From a virus (lineage: Duplodnaviria; Caudoviricetes), in IMG/VR virus record IMGVR_UViG_3300008255_000347, positions 1 through 30,355 of that record: a stretch of 30,355 nucleotides of DNA; one strand, 5' to 3'. This document shows positions 16,041 through 24,800 of the stretch, piece by piece; within the stretch, counting starts at the first letter, position 1; every line of letters begins with the position of its first letter. A program made the position numbers and the translations under genes. Under the pieces are notes generated by a model. That model made no database searches and was not told the DNA's origin. It was given only the letters and a program-made list of their open reading frames with translations.

Positions 16041-16979
16041 ATGCCTCAGCCCCTCACCACTTCAGGCGCGCGCGTCGTCGACCCGATCCTTACCAATCAC
16101 GCGCGCGGTTACGCCCACCCGGAGCGGATCAGTCACGTGCTTTTCCCGCGCGTCGATGTGCCGGTCCGCGGTTTCAAGCGCATCGAGTTCAATAAGGAGA
16201 GCTTCCGGCTCTACAACACCCGCCGCGCGCCTGGGACGCGGACGAAGGAGATCGTGTTCGGCTTCGAGGGCAAGCCTGCGAGCCTCGACCAGTACGCGCT
16301 TGACGCCATCGTGCCCCGCGAGCATGTGCAGGAAGCCGAGAGGGGACCGGGCATCGACCTTCAGATGGAGGCGGTCTCCGTCGTGCAGGACGTCATGAGC
16401 CTCGACGCAGAAGTGCAGGCGGCGACGCTGGCCACGACCGCCGCCAACTACGCGGCGTCGAACAAGGTGACGCTCGCGGGCGCCGACCAGTGGAGCCACG
16501 CCGCCAGCAAACCGAAAGACGTCATCAACGAGGGCAAGGAAGCGGTGCGCAAGAAGATCGGCCGCGACCCCAACACCCTCGTTCTGTCGGCGGGCGGTTT
16601 CCGGGCGCTCGACGATCATCCCGCGATCCTGGAGAAGATCAAATACACCTCCAGCGAGAGCGTCACCGAGGATCTCCTCAAGCGCTACTTCCAGGTGGAC
16701 CGGGTAGCGGTCGCCCGCTCGGTCTACACCGAAAACGACGACGATTTCCTCGACGCATGGGGCAACTTCGCGGTGCTCGCCTATGTGCCCCAGGGCGGGC
16801 GGCAAAGCGTTCGCGTGCCGAGCTTCGGCTACACCTACCAGCTCTCCGGTCATCCTTTCGTCGAGCCGATGGCATGGGATCGGGGCCGCAAGAGCTGGGT
16901 CGCGGGCGTGACGGACGAACGCAGCCCCGAACTCGTCGGCGCCGAGGCCGGTTACCTCATCTCCGACCTCATCGCTTAA
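16041..16979 (+). CDS. major capsid protein
   Basis: 312 aa; VVDPILTNHARGY, FRLYNTRRAPG, QWS...SKP, IGRDPNTLVL, PSFGYTY, AGYLI; position. Confidence 0.92.
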   Translation: MPQPLTTSGARVVDPILTNHARGYAHPERISHVLFPRVDVPVRGFKRIEFNKESFRLYNTRRAPGTRTKEIVFGFEGKPASLDQYALDAIVPREHVQEAERGPGIDLQMEAVSVVQDVMSLDAEVQAATLATTAANYAASNKVTLAGADQWSHAASKPKDVINEGKEAVRKKIGRDPNTLVLSAGGFRALDDHPAILEKIKYTSSESVTEDLLKRYFQVDRVAVARSVYTENDDDFLDAWGNFAVLAYVPQGGRQSVRVPSFGYTYQLSGHPFVEPMAWDRGRKSWVAGVTDERSPELVGAEAGYLISDLIA

Positions 16980-16991
16980 GGGGGACCCGTC

Positions 16992-17369
16992 TTGGCCAGG
17001 AAGAACGAAGAGAAACAGACCTTCATCGCCCTTGAACGGCTCCGTCTCGACGGCGAGAGCGTCATGCCGGGCGAGGAGGTCGAGCTTTCCGAGGCGCAGG
17101 CCCGTCACCTTTTCAAGTCGAAGAAGGTGGCGCTGCCCGGCGGCGACGCCGCGGCCTCTGCCCTCCTGCAGCAACAGGCCGGCGAACTTCAGGAACGCCT
17201 GAAGGGCGATTTCGCGGCGGTGAAAGCCGAGCGGGAAGCGGCCGAAAAGGCACTCGACGACGCCAAGGCCGAACGGACCGAAGCCGAAAAGCTGCGCGAC
17301 GAGACGAAGAAACTCGCCGAGCAGGCCGAGAAGGACCGCAAGGCGGCCGATAAGGCCGCGAAGAAATAG
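16992..17369 (+). CDS. post-capsid protein (Mu gp35 position), charged coiled-coil C-terminus
   Basis: TTG start after AAGGGG; LRLDGESVMPGEEVELSE..A..L motif and EAKA-rich tail. Confidence 0.75.
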   Translation: MARKNEEKQTFIALERLRLDGESVMPGEEVELSEAQARHLFKSKKVALPGGDAAASALLQQQAGELQERLKGDFAAVKAEREAAEKALDDAKAERTEAEKLRDETKKLAEQAEKDRKAADKAAKK

Positions 17370-17614
17370 CGCGCAGCCGTCGGCGCGCTATCCGCCAGCT
17401 CCGGGGGGTGCTGGCTCATCGGCGGCGGCTTCCACTTCGCAGTGTGCCGCCGCCGAACGGACTTCTGAATGGCCCTCGGCCGGGGACTGCGCTCCCGGCC
17501 TCGGGCTCGGGATTATCCCAGAGGGCGGTCTGGTACGGCTCGCGAGGCCCCCAGCGCCGGTAGCGGTGACGGCGATGTGCAGTCGTTGTCCGGGGCAAAG
17601 CCCGCCGCCCGCCA
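17366..17614 (+). ncRNA. candidate structured RNA: five tandem hairpins plus a cloverleaf-like element ending GCCA
   Basis: Stems at 17366-17391, 17394-17415, 17419-17456, 17472-17506 and 17506-17523; multibranch 17523-17614. Confidence 0.5.
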
Positions 17615-17644
17615 TGTTTAGACGAGCAGAAATGGAGAAGCCGA

Positions 17645-17836
17645 GTGCCGAACGACATCATGCAGTTTTTCGATTGGGCACATCTTCCGCCGCACTTGCA
17701 GGAGGTGAGCAAGCCCTTTGCAGCACTCGCCGAGATGATCGTCGAAACGCTTCCCTCGAATGCCGAACGCTCGGTTGCGCTGCGCAAGCTTCTCGAAGCG
17801 AAGGATGCCGCCGTGCGCGCGAGGGTTGCGCGCTAA
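17645..17836 (+). CDS. small helical-hairpin phage protein, possibly Acb2/Tad1-like
   Basis: GTG after GGAG; FFDWAHLPPHLQEVSKPF..LA...LPSNAERSVALRKLLEAKDAAVRA. Confidence 0.75.
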   Translation: MPNDIMQFFDWAHLPPHLQEVSKPFAALAEMIVETLPSNAERSVALRKLLEAKDAAVRARVAR

Positions 17837-17845
17837 CGAACTTGA

Positions 17846-17919
17846 GGGGCCGCTCTCCTCTCCCGGCTCGGATGGCTTTCAGCCGGCCGCGTACCGAGCC
17901 CTGGGGAGCGGCCCCACCA
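17846..17919 (+). ncRNA. candidate 74-nt structured RNA ending in ACCA
   Basis: 13-bp outer stem 17846-17858/17903-17915, 7-bp inner stem 17865-17871/17894-17900, then ACCA. Confidence 0.45.
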
Positions 17920-17939
17920 CACAGAAGGATTAGAGGCAC

Positions 17940-18161
17940 ATGACCCCCTGGCTTCTCTACATCATCGGCTGCATCGGCTTTGCCCCCGCCATCGTCGGCG
18001 GGCTCGGTCTCTACGCGACCCTCGTTTCGGATTTTGAAGTGAGCGGGGTGGGGGTCGCGCCGCGCAAAGGTTTTGAGGTGAGCGAGGTGGGGGACTACGT
18101 GAAGCCCGCCTTCCTGCTCGCCGCAGGCATCGCCGCGTTTGCAGCGGGGTGGCCGTCATGA
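17940..18161 (+). CDS. small two-TM membrane protein
   Basis: AGAGG RBS; two hydrophobic segments; ATGA overlap with next gene. Confidence 0.65.
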   Translation: MTPWLLYIIGCIGFAPAIVGGLGLYATLVSDFEVSGVGVAPRKGFEVSEVGDYVKPAFLLAAGIAAFAAGWPS

Positions 18162-18361
18162 GTGCGCTTGCCGCCCTGCTCGGAGCGGTCACGCTCGGAT
18201 ATCTGGGGGTGATCGCGCTCCTGCTCGCCGGCATTTGGTCTCTCGTCATCTGGCTGGATGAAGGGAGCATTGACGGCGGTGAGGCGAAAACGATCGCGGT
18301 CTTCGCGCTTTGCGGCATCGGCCTTCTCTGGCTCGCCTCCTCGATGGGAGTTACGCCATGA
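18158..18361 (+). CDS. small two-TM membrane protein
   Basis: ATGA overlaps at both ends; two hydrophobic segments separated by acidic loop DEGSIDGGE. Confidence 0.65.
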   Translation: MSALAALLGAVTLGYLGVIALLLAGIWSLVIWLDEGSIDGGEAKTIAVFALCGIGLLWLASSMGVTP

Positions 18362-18783
18362 GCTACGCCTCGCTGCAGGACCTCAAGGACCGCTTCGCCG
18401 AAGAAGACATCATCCAGCTCACCGACGAGACGAACGTGCCGCCGGCGGCGATCGACGAGACGACGGTCGCCCGCGCGCTGGACGATGCGGGCGCGCTGAT
18501 CGACGGCTATGTCGGCAAGCGCTACACGCTGCCGCTCGCTACCGTGCCGCATCAGCTCATCCGCGCCGCCTGCGATATCGCCTGGTACTACCTGCATGGC
18601 GAGCGCGCGAGCGAGACGGTGAAGAAGAACCACGACGCAGCGGTGCAGCTCCTGCGCGACATTTCGGCGGCGAAGGTGAACCTCGAAGTGGCGGGCGAGA
18701 CCGTCGCCGCGACGCCGGTCGGCAGCCCGGTCTTCAAGGAACCCACCCGCGTCTTCACCGACGAAACGCTGAAGGACTATTGA
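18358..18783 (+). CDS. Mu gp36-like head-tail connector (DUF1320)
   Basis: MSYASLQDL..RF...QLTD...ALDDA..LIDGY...RYTLPL...ACDIAWYYL. Confidence 0.93.
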   Translation: MSYASLQDLKDRFAEEDIIQLTDETNVPPAAIDETTVARALDDAGALIDGYVGKRYTLPLATVPHQLIRAACDIAWYYLHGERASETVKKNHDAAVQLLRDISAAKVNLEVAGETVAATPVGSPVFKEPTRVFTDETLKDY

Positions 18784-19352
18784 TGGCCGCGCGCATCACC
18801 ATTGCGATCGACGATGCGGAAATCAACGCTGCGCTCGCTCGCGTGGCGGCGGCGGGGCTCGACGCCCGCGCGCTCTTCGACGATATCGGCGCGTCTATGG
18901 TCGTTCAGACGCAGGAGCGGTTTCTGCGTGAGAAGGACCCGCAATACCGCTTCTGGAAACGCCATGCGAAAAGTACGAAGCGGCGGCGCGGTCCCGGCGC
19001 GCCCGTGTTGCGCGATCGCAACCTGCTGTTCCGCTCGCTGACCCATGAAGCGTCGCGGACCTATGCGCGCTGGGGCACGAACCGGAAATACGCCGCCATC
19101 CACCAGTTCGGCGGCACGATCGAGCGCCAGGTCTCGCGGCGGATCGTCACGTCGTCGCGGCGGAAAGACGGCCGCGTGCTCTTCGCGAAGAAGAACACGA
19201 AGGCGAAGAGCCGCGTCGACCGGCTCGTCCAGGTGGGCGCGCATCGCATCGTCATCCCGGCCAGGCCCTATCTCGGCATCAACGACGCCGACCGGGCGAT
19301 CATCGCCGAAAAGGTCGAGGCCCATCTCAAAGCGGCGGCGGAGGGCAAATGA
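18783..19352 (+). CDS. phage virion morphogenesis protein (Mu gpG / tail completion S family)
   Basis: IG..M...TQERF...DP...W, L.D...L..SL, GTNRKYAAIHQFGG, IPARPYLGI. Confidence 0.93.
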   Translation: MAARITIAIDDAEINAALARVAAAGLDARALFDDIGASMVVQTQERFLREKDPQYRFWKRHAKSTKRRRGPGAPVLRDRNLLFRSLTHEASRTYARWGTNRKYAAIHQFGGTIERQVSRRIVTSSRRKDGRVLFAKKNTKAKSRVDRLVQVGAHRIVIPARPYLGINDADRAIIAEKVEAHLKAAAEGK

Positions 19353-19792
19353 GTATTCCCTCCGAATGCCTGGCGCGGCTCAACGATCCGGTCCTCGGAC
19401 CGGCAAAGTTCCGCATGCTCGGGCGCGCGACAAATCTTGCCGCGCTCAGGGGTGTGCCGCCCAAGGCGCTGCCCGCTGGCTTCCTCTTCATGGACGACGA
19501 GGAGGGAGAAGAAAACGAACGCGGCACCGGGCCGGTGCTTCAGCGCGCCGAGGGCTTCGTGACGCTGCTCATCATCGCCGACGACAAGAGCGATGCGCGC
19601 GGCGGCGCTGTGGACGACTTGCTGGAAGAGCTGAAATGGGAAGCACGGCGGCGGCTGGTCGGTTTCGAACCCGCGAGCGGCAAGGGTCCGTTGACTTTTC
19701 GAAGTGGCAGGACGGTCGATTTCGCGGCCGGTGTCGTCTGGTGGGAAGAACGCTACGCAGTCGATTTCTACATCGAGGAGGAACAGGCATGA
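19349..19792 (+). CDS. tail terminator (Mu gp37-like)
   Basis: 147 aa before the tail tube; L.GFEP, VVWWEERY C-terminal pattern; ATGA coupling. Confidence 0.7.
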   Translation: MSIPSECLARLNDPVLGPAKFRMLGRATNLAALRGVPPKALPAGFLFMDDEEGEENERGTGPVLQRAEGFVTLLIIADDKSDARGGAVDDLLEELKWEARRRLVGFEPASGKGPLTFRSGRTVDFAAGVVWWEERYAVDFYIEEEQA

Positions 19793-20019
19793 GCAAGCCC
19801 GACAAACATGCAGGCCAGGGCGGGTCCTATATCCGTCCGAAGGATGGCGGCCCGCGCGAGCTCGTTGAGCGCACGAAGGACGCACCGCGTCCGGGCGCGC
19901 CCTCTGTCCCTGCCGCTGCCCCGGCCAAAGCGCCCGCGCCTTCACCGGCCCGCGCGAAGAACCTGTCACTCGCCCCCGACGCCGCCACGGCGGACGGCGC
20001 GAAGCCCGCAAAGGAGTAA
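19789..20019 (+). CDS. small Pro/Ala-rich protein (GQGGSY motif)
   Basis: GAGGAGG RBS, ATGA overlap; GQGGSYI...LVERT typical of the small pre-tube gene. Confidence 0.7.
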   Translation: MSKPDKHAGQGGSYIRPKDGGPRELVERTKDAPRPGAPSVPAAAPAKAPAPSPARAKNLSLAPDAATADGAKPAKE

Positions 20020-20025
20020 GCGACC

Positions 20026-20961
20026 ATGACCACGCGTTTCGAGCGAAAGACGGCGCTGCGCGCCAAGATCGAGGCCGAATACGGCACGGACAGCGTGCCG
20101 TCCGGCGGCGCCGACGCCATGCTGATCCAGAACTTGCAAATCGTGCCGCTGGAGGCCGAGGAGAAGGACCGGCAGCTCTATCAGTCGTTTCTGGGGAACC
20201 AGGGCAAGCTGCTCGCGGGCGAGCATGTGAGCGCGACATTCGAGGTCGAACTGGCGGGATCGGGCACAGCGGGCGTTGCGCCCGGCTTCGGCCCGTTGCT
20301 GCGCGCCTGCGGTCTCGACGAAACGATCGTCGCCGGCACGTCGGTCACCTATGCGCCGGTCTCGGACGCCTTCGAGAGCGTGTCGGCCTATACGAACCTC
20401 GACGGGGTGAACCACAAATTCCTCGGCGCGCGCGGCAATGTGAAACTCATGCTGTCCGCGCGGGAAATCCCCAAGCTCGAATTCTCGATGCGCGGCCTGC
20501 TCGTTGCCGCCGTCGACGCGGCGCTGCTGGCGCAGACGCTGACCGCCTTCCAGACGCCGCTCATCGTCAACAAGACGAACACGCCGACCTTCGACCTTCA
20601 TGGCTATTCGGCGATCGCCGAAAGCCTCGAACTCGATCTCGGCAACGACGTGCAATATCGCGGCCTCATCGGCGAGGAGTCGATCCGGATCGTCGACCGG
20701 CTGATGACGGGCCGCGCCGTCATCGAAGCCGACACGCTCGCCAATATCGACTGGTTTGCGATTGCGCGGGCGCGCACGCGCGGCGAACTCAACGTGGTGC
20801 ATGGCACCGTGGCGGGCAACATCGCCACGATCAATTGCCCCGGTGTCGAGATCGGCGCGCCTGCCTATGGCGCGACACAGAAGATCAGGAACATGACGCT
20901 GCCGCTGACGCCGGTTCCGACAGCCGCGGGCAACGACGAATTCACGCTCGCCTTCACATGA
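20026..20961 (+). CDS. major tail tube protein (non-contractile)
   Basis: AKIEAEYGTD...FEVELAGSGTAGVAPGFGPLLRACG...GARGNV...HGTVAGN...GNDEF; AAGGAG RBS. Confidence 0.9.
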   Translation: MTTRFERKTALRAKIEAEYGTDSVPSGGADAMLIQNLQIVPLEAEEKDRQLYQSFLGNQGKLLAGEHVSATFEVELAGSGTAGVAPGFGPLLRACGLDETIVAGTSVTYAPVSDAFESVSAYTNLDGVNHKFLGARGNVKLMLSAREIPKLEFSMRGLLVAAVDAALLAQTLTAFQTPLIVNKTNTPTFDLHGYSAIAESLELDLGNDVQYRGLIGEESIRIVDRLMTGRAVIEADTLANIDWFAIARARTRGELNVVHGTVAGNIATINCPGVEIGAPAYGATQKIRNMTLPLTPVPTAAGNDEFTLAFT

Positions 20962-20964
20962 CCG

Positions 20965-20990
20965 TGCAGGGGCGCTGAAGCGTCCCTGCA
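20965..20990 (+). terminator. 11-bp stem-loop after the tail tube gene (mRNA stabiliser or weak terminator)
   Basis: TGCAGGGGCGC-TGAA-GCGTCCCTGCA; no U-tract. Confidence 0.5.
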
Positions 20991-21027
20991 TATCCCCCTC
21001 AATCCGGTTTTCGGGAGAAAGACCAAC

Positions 21028-21387
21028 ATGTTCATTCTGGCAGACGAGCACAGCTACTGGTGGACCTGCGAAGCCAAGGTGCCCGCCGACGGCAAGTTCG
21101 AGACCCACGATTTCGAGCTTCAGTTCCGGTCGATCTCGCCCGAGGAGGCGGCGGCGCTCGACGCCAAAATCCGCGAGGCCGACCTCAAGGGCGACGCGGC
21201 GGCCCGCTCGCTCGCGCTGCAGGCCGTCGTCACCGGCTGGCGGCGCGTCACCGATCCGGAGAAGAAAGACATCACCTTCCATCCGGAGAACCTTGCGCGC
21301 GCCTGCGCCTATCCCTGGTTCCGCATCGCCGCCTTTCAGGGCTGGCAGGACAGCCAGAACGGGATCGAACGCAAGCGGGGAAACTGA
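21028..21387 (+). CDS. tail assembly chaperone (lambda gpG analogue)
   Basis: Between tube and TMP; ends ...RGN at slippery G GGA AAC. Confidence 0.85.
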   Translation: MFILADEHSYWWTCEAKVPADGKFETHDFELQFRSISPEEAAALDAKIREADLKGDAAARSLALQAVVTGWRRVTDPEKKDITFHPENLARACAYPWFRIAAFQGWQDSQNGIERKRGN

Positions 21388-21806
21388 GGCGCGCCGCGGT
21401 CGTCTGGGCGCGGCACACGATCGGAGACAGCGACCGGAGCCGCCCGGCCGCGATCGACGCGGAAACGAAGGAGAAGTTCGGCAAGCTCAACGTCGCGATC
21501 GCCGGACCGGCAGCGGAGGACGAGGAGCGCCTCTTTCCGGTCATGGCGGAGAACCTCGCCGCCCTCGAAGCCTTCGTCTCGCTATCGACGCAATGGCGCT
21601 ACGAGCGGGCCGGCAATGAGCTGACGGGCAGCCGGCATTTGTGGACCGGTTTCGACTACGCAGCGGTGGACGCGATTGTCCGCCTGGCGGCGCGAAAGAG
21701 GAAAAAGCGGAAGGCGCTGTTCGCGGCGATCCGCGAGATGGAAAGAGCCGCGCTGCCGGTGCTGAACGGTGGGCGGCCACATAAAGGAGACGAGCCTTGG
21801 CCCTGA
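21378..21806 (+). CDS. tail assembly chaperone C-terminal extension (gpT / DUF1799-like), reached by -1 frameshift
   Basis: Open -1 frame from GGG AAA CTG; ENLAALEAF..LSTQWR...TGFDYAAV...IREMERAAL. Confidence 0.85.
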   Translation, partial: GKLRRAAVVWARHTIGDSDRSRPAAIDAETKEKFGKLNVAIAGPAAEDEERLFPVMAENLAALEAFVSLSTQWRYERAGNELTGSRHLWTGFDYAAVDAIVRLAARKRKKRKALFAAIREMERAALPVLNGGRPHKGDEPWP

Positions 21807-24800
21807 TGCTCGGCATGCAGATTACCGGCGACTTCTCCGGCCTCAATCGCGAGGTGAAGGAAACGCGCGGGGAATTCGCCGGGCTTTCGGCGGAAGCGGG
21901 AAAGTTGGAGCGCGAGGCGCTGGACGCGGCCAAGGGCCTGAGCGCGATCGAGCGCGAGGCGGCAGGCGCCGCGGTCTCGCTCGATGCGGTCCAGCGCAAG
22001 CTGGCGGCGGTGCAGCCCGGCGACCGCGTGAAACTCACCGCCGCCGAATTCCGGACGCTGACCGAAGACGCGCAGCGCTCCGGGCGGAGCTTCGAGGAGG
22101 TGCTGGGCGGCAACCGCGCCGCGCTCGACGCCATGCGCGCGGCGCACGACCCGCTCTTCGCCGCCCAGCGGGAATATCTCGACCAGCTCGCCTCGATCCG
22201 CGCGGCCCATGCGGCGGGCGCGCTGCCGCAGAAGGAAATGGAAGCGGCGCTGGCGCGCACCAAGGCCGGCTTCGCCGCCCAGGTGCCGATCATCCGTTCG
22301 GCGCAGGCCGCCGCGCTCGATCACAGCAAGGCCATCGCGCTGCAACGCCACCAGCTCGTCAATCTGGGCCAGCAGGTGCAGGACGTGGGCGTCCAGCTCG
22401 CACTGGGCATGAACCCGTTGATAATCGCCGCCCAGCAGGGACCGCAGATCGTTTCCGCGACGGGCGGCCTCAAGAACTTCACGGCGCTGGCGCGGCAGTT
22501 CATCACGCCGACGGTGCTGGCGACGGCGGGTCTCACGGCCGTGCTCGCGACGGGCGCGGCGGCGTGGGGCAGCTATCTCGGTTCGGTGAAGCCGGTCGAG
22601 ACGGCGCTCGCCGGTGTCGGCCGCCGCATCGGACAGACGCGTGGCGAAATGGAAGCGCTCGCGCGGGCGAGCGCGGACCAGGGCGGGATTTCCGTGAGTG
22701 AGGCGCGCGAGCTGGAGGTGGCTTTCCTTCGCACGGGCCGCATCGGCACAGATGTCATGGGAGCGCTCATCGCGCGCACAAAGGATTACGCCGCAACAAC
22801 GGGTATGGACCTCCCCGCGGCGGCCGAGGAGCTGGCCAAGGCATTCGCCGAGCCCAAGGAGGGTGCGGAAAATCTCAACAAGACATTGCAGGTGCTCAGC
22901 GACACGGAGGCGCAGGAGATCCGCCGTATGATCGAGCGCGGCGACGTCGTGGGTGCGCAACTCGCCATGATCGAGGCCCTCGATCGCGGCACGGTGGACC
23001 ACGAAGAAAGTGCGACTGCGCTCGGCCGCGCCTGGAACTCGGTCGCGAACGCCATATCCAACACCTGGAATGCGCTCGGCAGCGGCATCGATGCGAGCTT
23101 CAGCGGCAGCGAAGATGCGACGCGCGAACGCCTGGCAAGGCTGCTTGCCGATCGCGACCGGCTTCTTCAGTCGGGGGCAAAGGGCGGTGCCGGAACGCTG
23201 CTCGCATTGAGAGACCGGCAGATCGAGCAAATCGAACGCGAAATTGCGGACGCTGCAAGGATCGGTGCCGCAAGCGAGATAGCGGCGGCTTCCGTACGGG
23301 CGGGAGCGCTCGGCCGACGCCATTCGCCCGATGCGGGCAAACTCGAAACCCTTCGTTTGGACCGGCAGCAGGCATCGTCGGCGCTCGAAGACCCTGCGAT
23401 CCGCGACAGCGTGGACAGCCTCTCCTCCCTCGAACGGGCCTATGACGCGACGGGCCGCGCCCTCGATACCTATCTGACACCCGCGCAACGCGTGTCCGAA
23501 CAGCACCGGATCGACCTTGCGGCCCTCAATGCGAAGACGCCGGCGCAGAAGGCGGAGATCGCGGCTCAGCGCGAGCGGTTGCAGCTTGCAGGCGAGACGA
23601 TCCCGGCAGCCGAGGCGCAAGCGCGGATCGAGGCGGCGGCGGCAAGGGCGCTGGCCGAGGCGACGCATGCCATCACGGAACAGAACCAGCAGCTCTCGCT
23701 CAACACGCAGCTCACGCTCCGGTCGGCGGAAGGCTGGCTCCAGAGCGCCGCCGCTGGCGCTCGGGCGGAAGCGATGCAGCGCGGATTGACGGACGCTTTC
23801 AACGAGGGTGCCGATGCTGCGACACGGGCGCGTCTGGCGCTACAGGAACAGGTGGCGCAGACGGCGCTTTCGGGCGCGCAGACCATCGCCGGGCTCAACG
23901 CCGAGACGGTGACGCGCGCACGCCTCAACAGCGCGGTGCTTTCCGGCACGATGACGCTTCAGGAGGCCAACCGCCAGGCGTCGCTCGCCGCCGAGCTCCG
24001 GCCGCTCCTCATCGCCCGCGACAATGCCGAAGGCACCTCAAAGGAAGTGCTGACGCGGATCATCGAGGAGCTTACCGCCGCGCGGGCGCGCCTGAACGAT
24101 GAAGAGGGCCGGGCCGCCGCGGCCTCGATCGTCGCAGGGCAGGAAGGCCGGCTGACGATGCTGCGGCGCGAGGCCGAGCTTGTCTTCGCCGGGACCACGG
24201 CGCGCGAGCGCGAGCTCGCCATTCTTTCGGCGACGCTCGACGCGCGGCGCGCCAGCGTCGCCGCAGGCTCCGACGAAGAGCGGCAAATCCGCGAGAATGC
24301 CACCGCCATTTCCGACCTCGTGAGCCAACTCGAACGCGAAGGCCAGACGCGCGACATCGTGATGCGCACGACGGAAAACGCGCTCGACCGCGTGGCCGAC
24401 CAGCTCGCCCAGGGCAAGCTCGACTGGTCGAGCTGGGGCGGCCTCGTGACTTCCGTTCTGCAGGATGTGATCGCCCAGCTCGCGCGGATGGCGATCACGG
24501 CGCCGATCATGAATTCCCTCTTCGGCACGAGGGCGACGACGCTTGACGATGCGGGCGGCTTCATCGGCGGACTTTTCGGCTCCTTCCATTCCGGTGGCCT
24601 TGTCGGCAAGGGATCGAACGACAACCGGGCGCTGCCGCTCTCCACCTTCCGGGGCGCGCCGCGCCTTCACAAGGGCGGCCTCGTGTCGGGCGAGCGCGCG
24701 ATCATCGCGCTGGACACCGAAGAGGTGCTGACGCTCGACGACCCGCGCCACATCAATAATCTGCGTCGCGCGTCCGGTGGCGGCAGGGGTTTCGCGGGCG

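Noticed and set aside
17523-17614. Canonical tRNA gene
   Set aside because: No TTCRA T-loop, no U33, and the arm order and sizes are non-standard; kept only as a tRNA-like candidate
18032-18093. Mini CRISPR array
   Set aside because: Only two repeats with a 16-bp spacer, inside an ORF, and no cas genes
21656-23668. Long minus-strand ORFs (also 6587-7954, 9464-10960, 14433-15596, 16062-17174, 19966-21282)
   Set aside because: Antisense shadows of well-supported + strand genes, expected in high-GC DNA; no motifs or RBS
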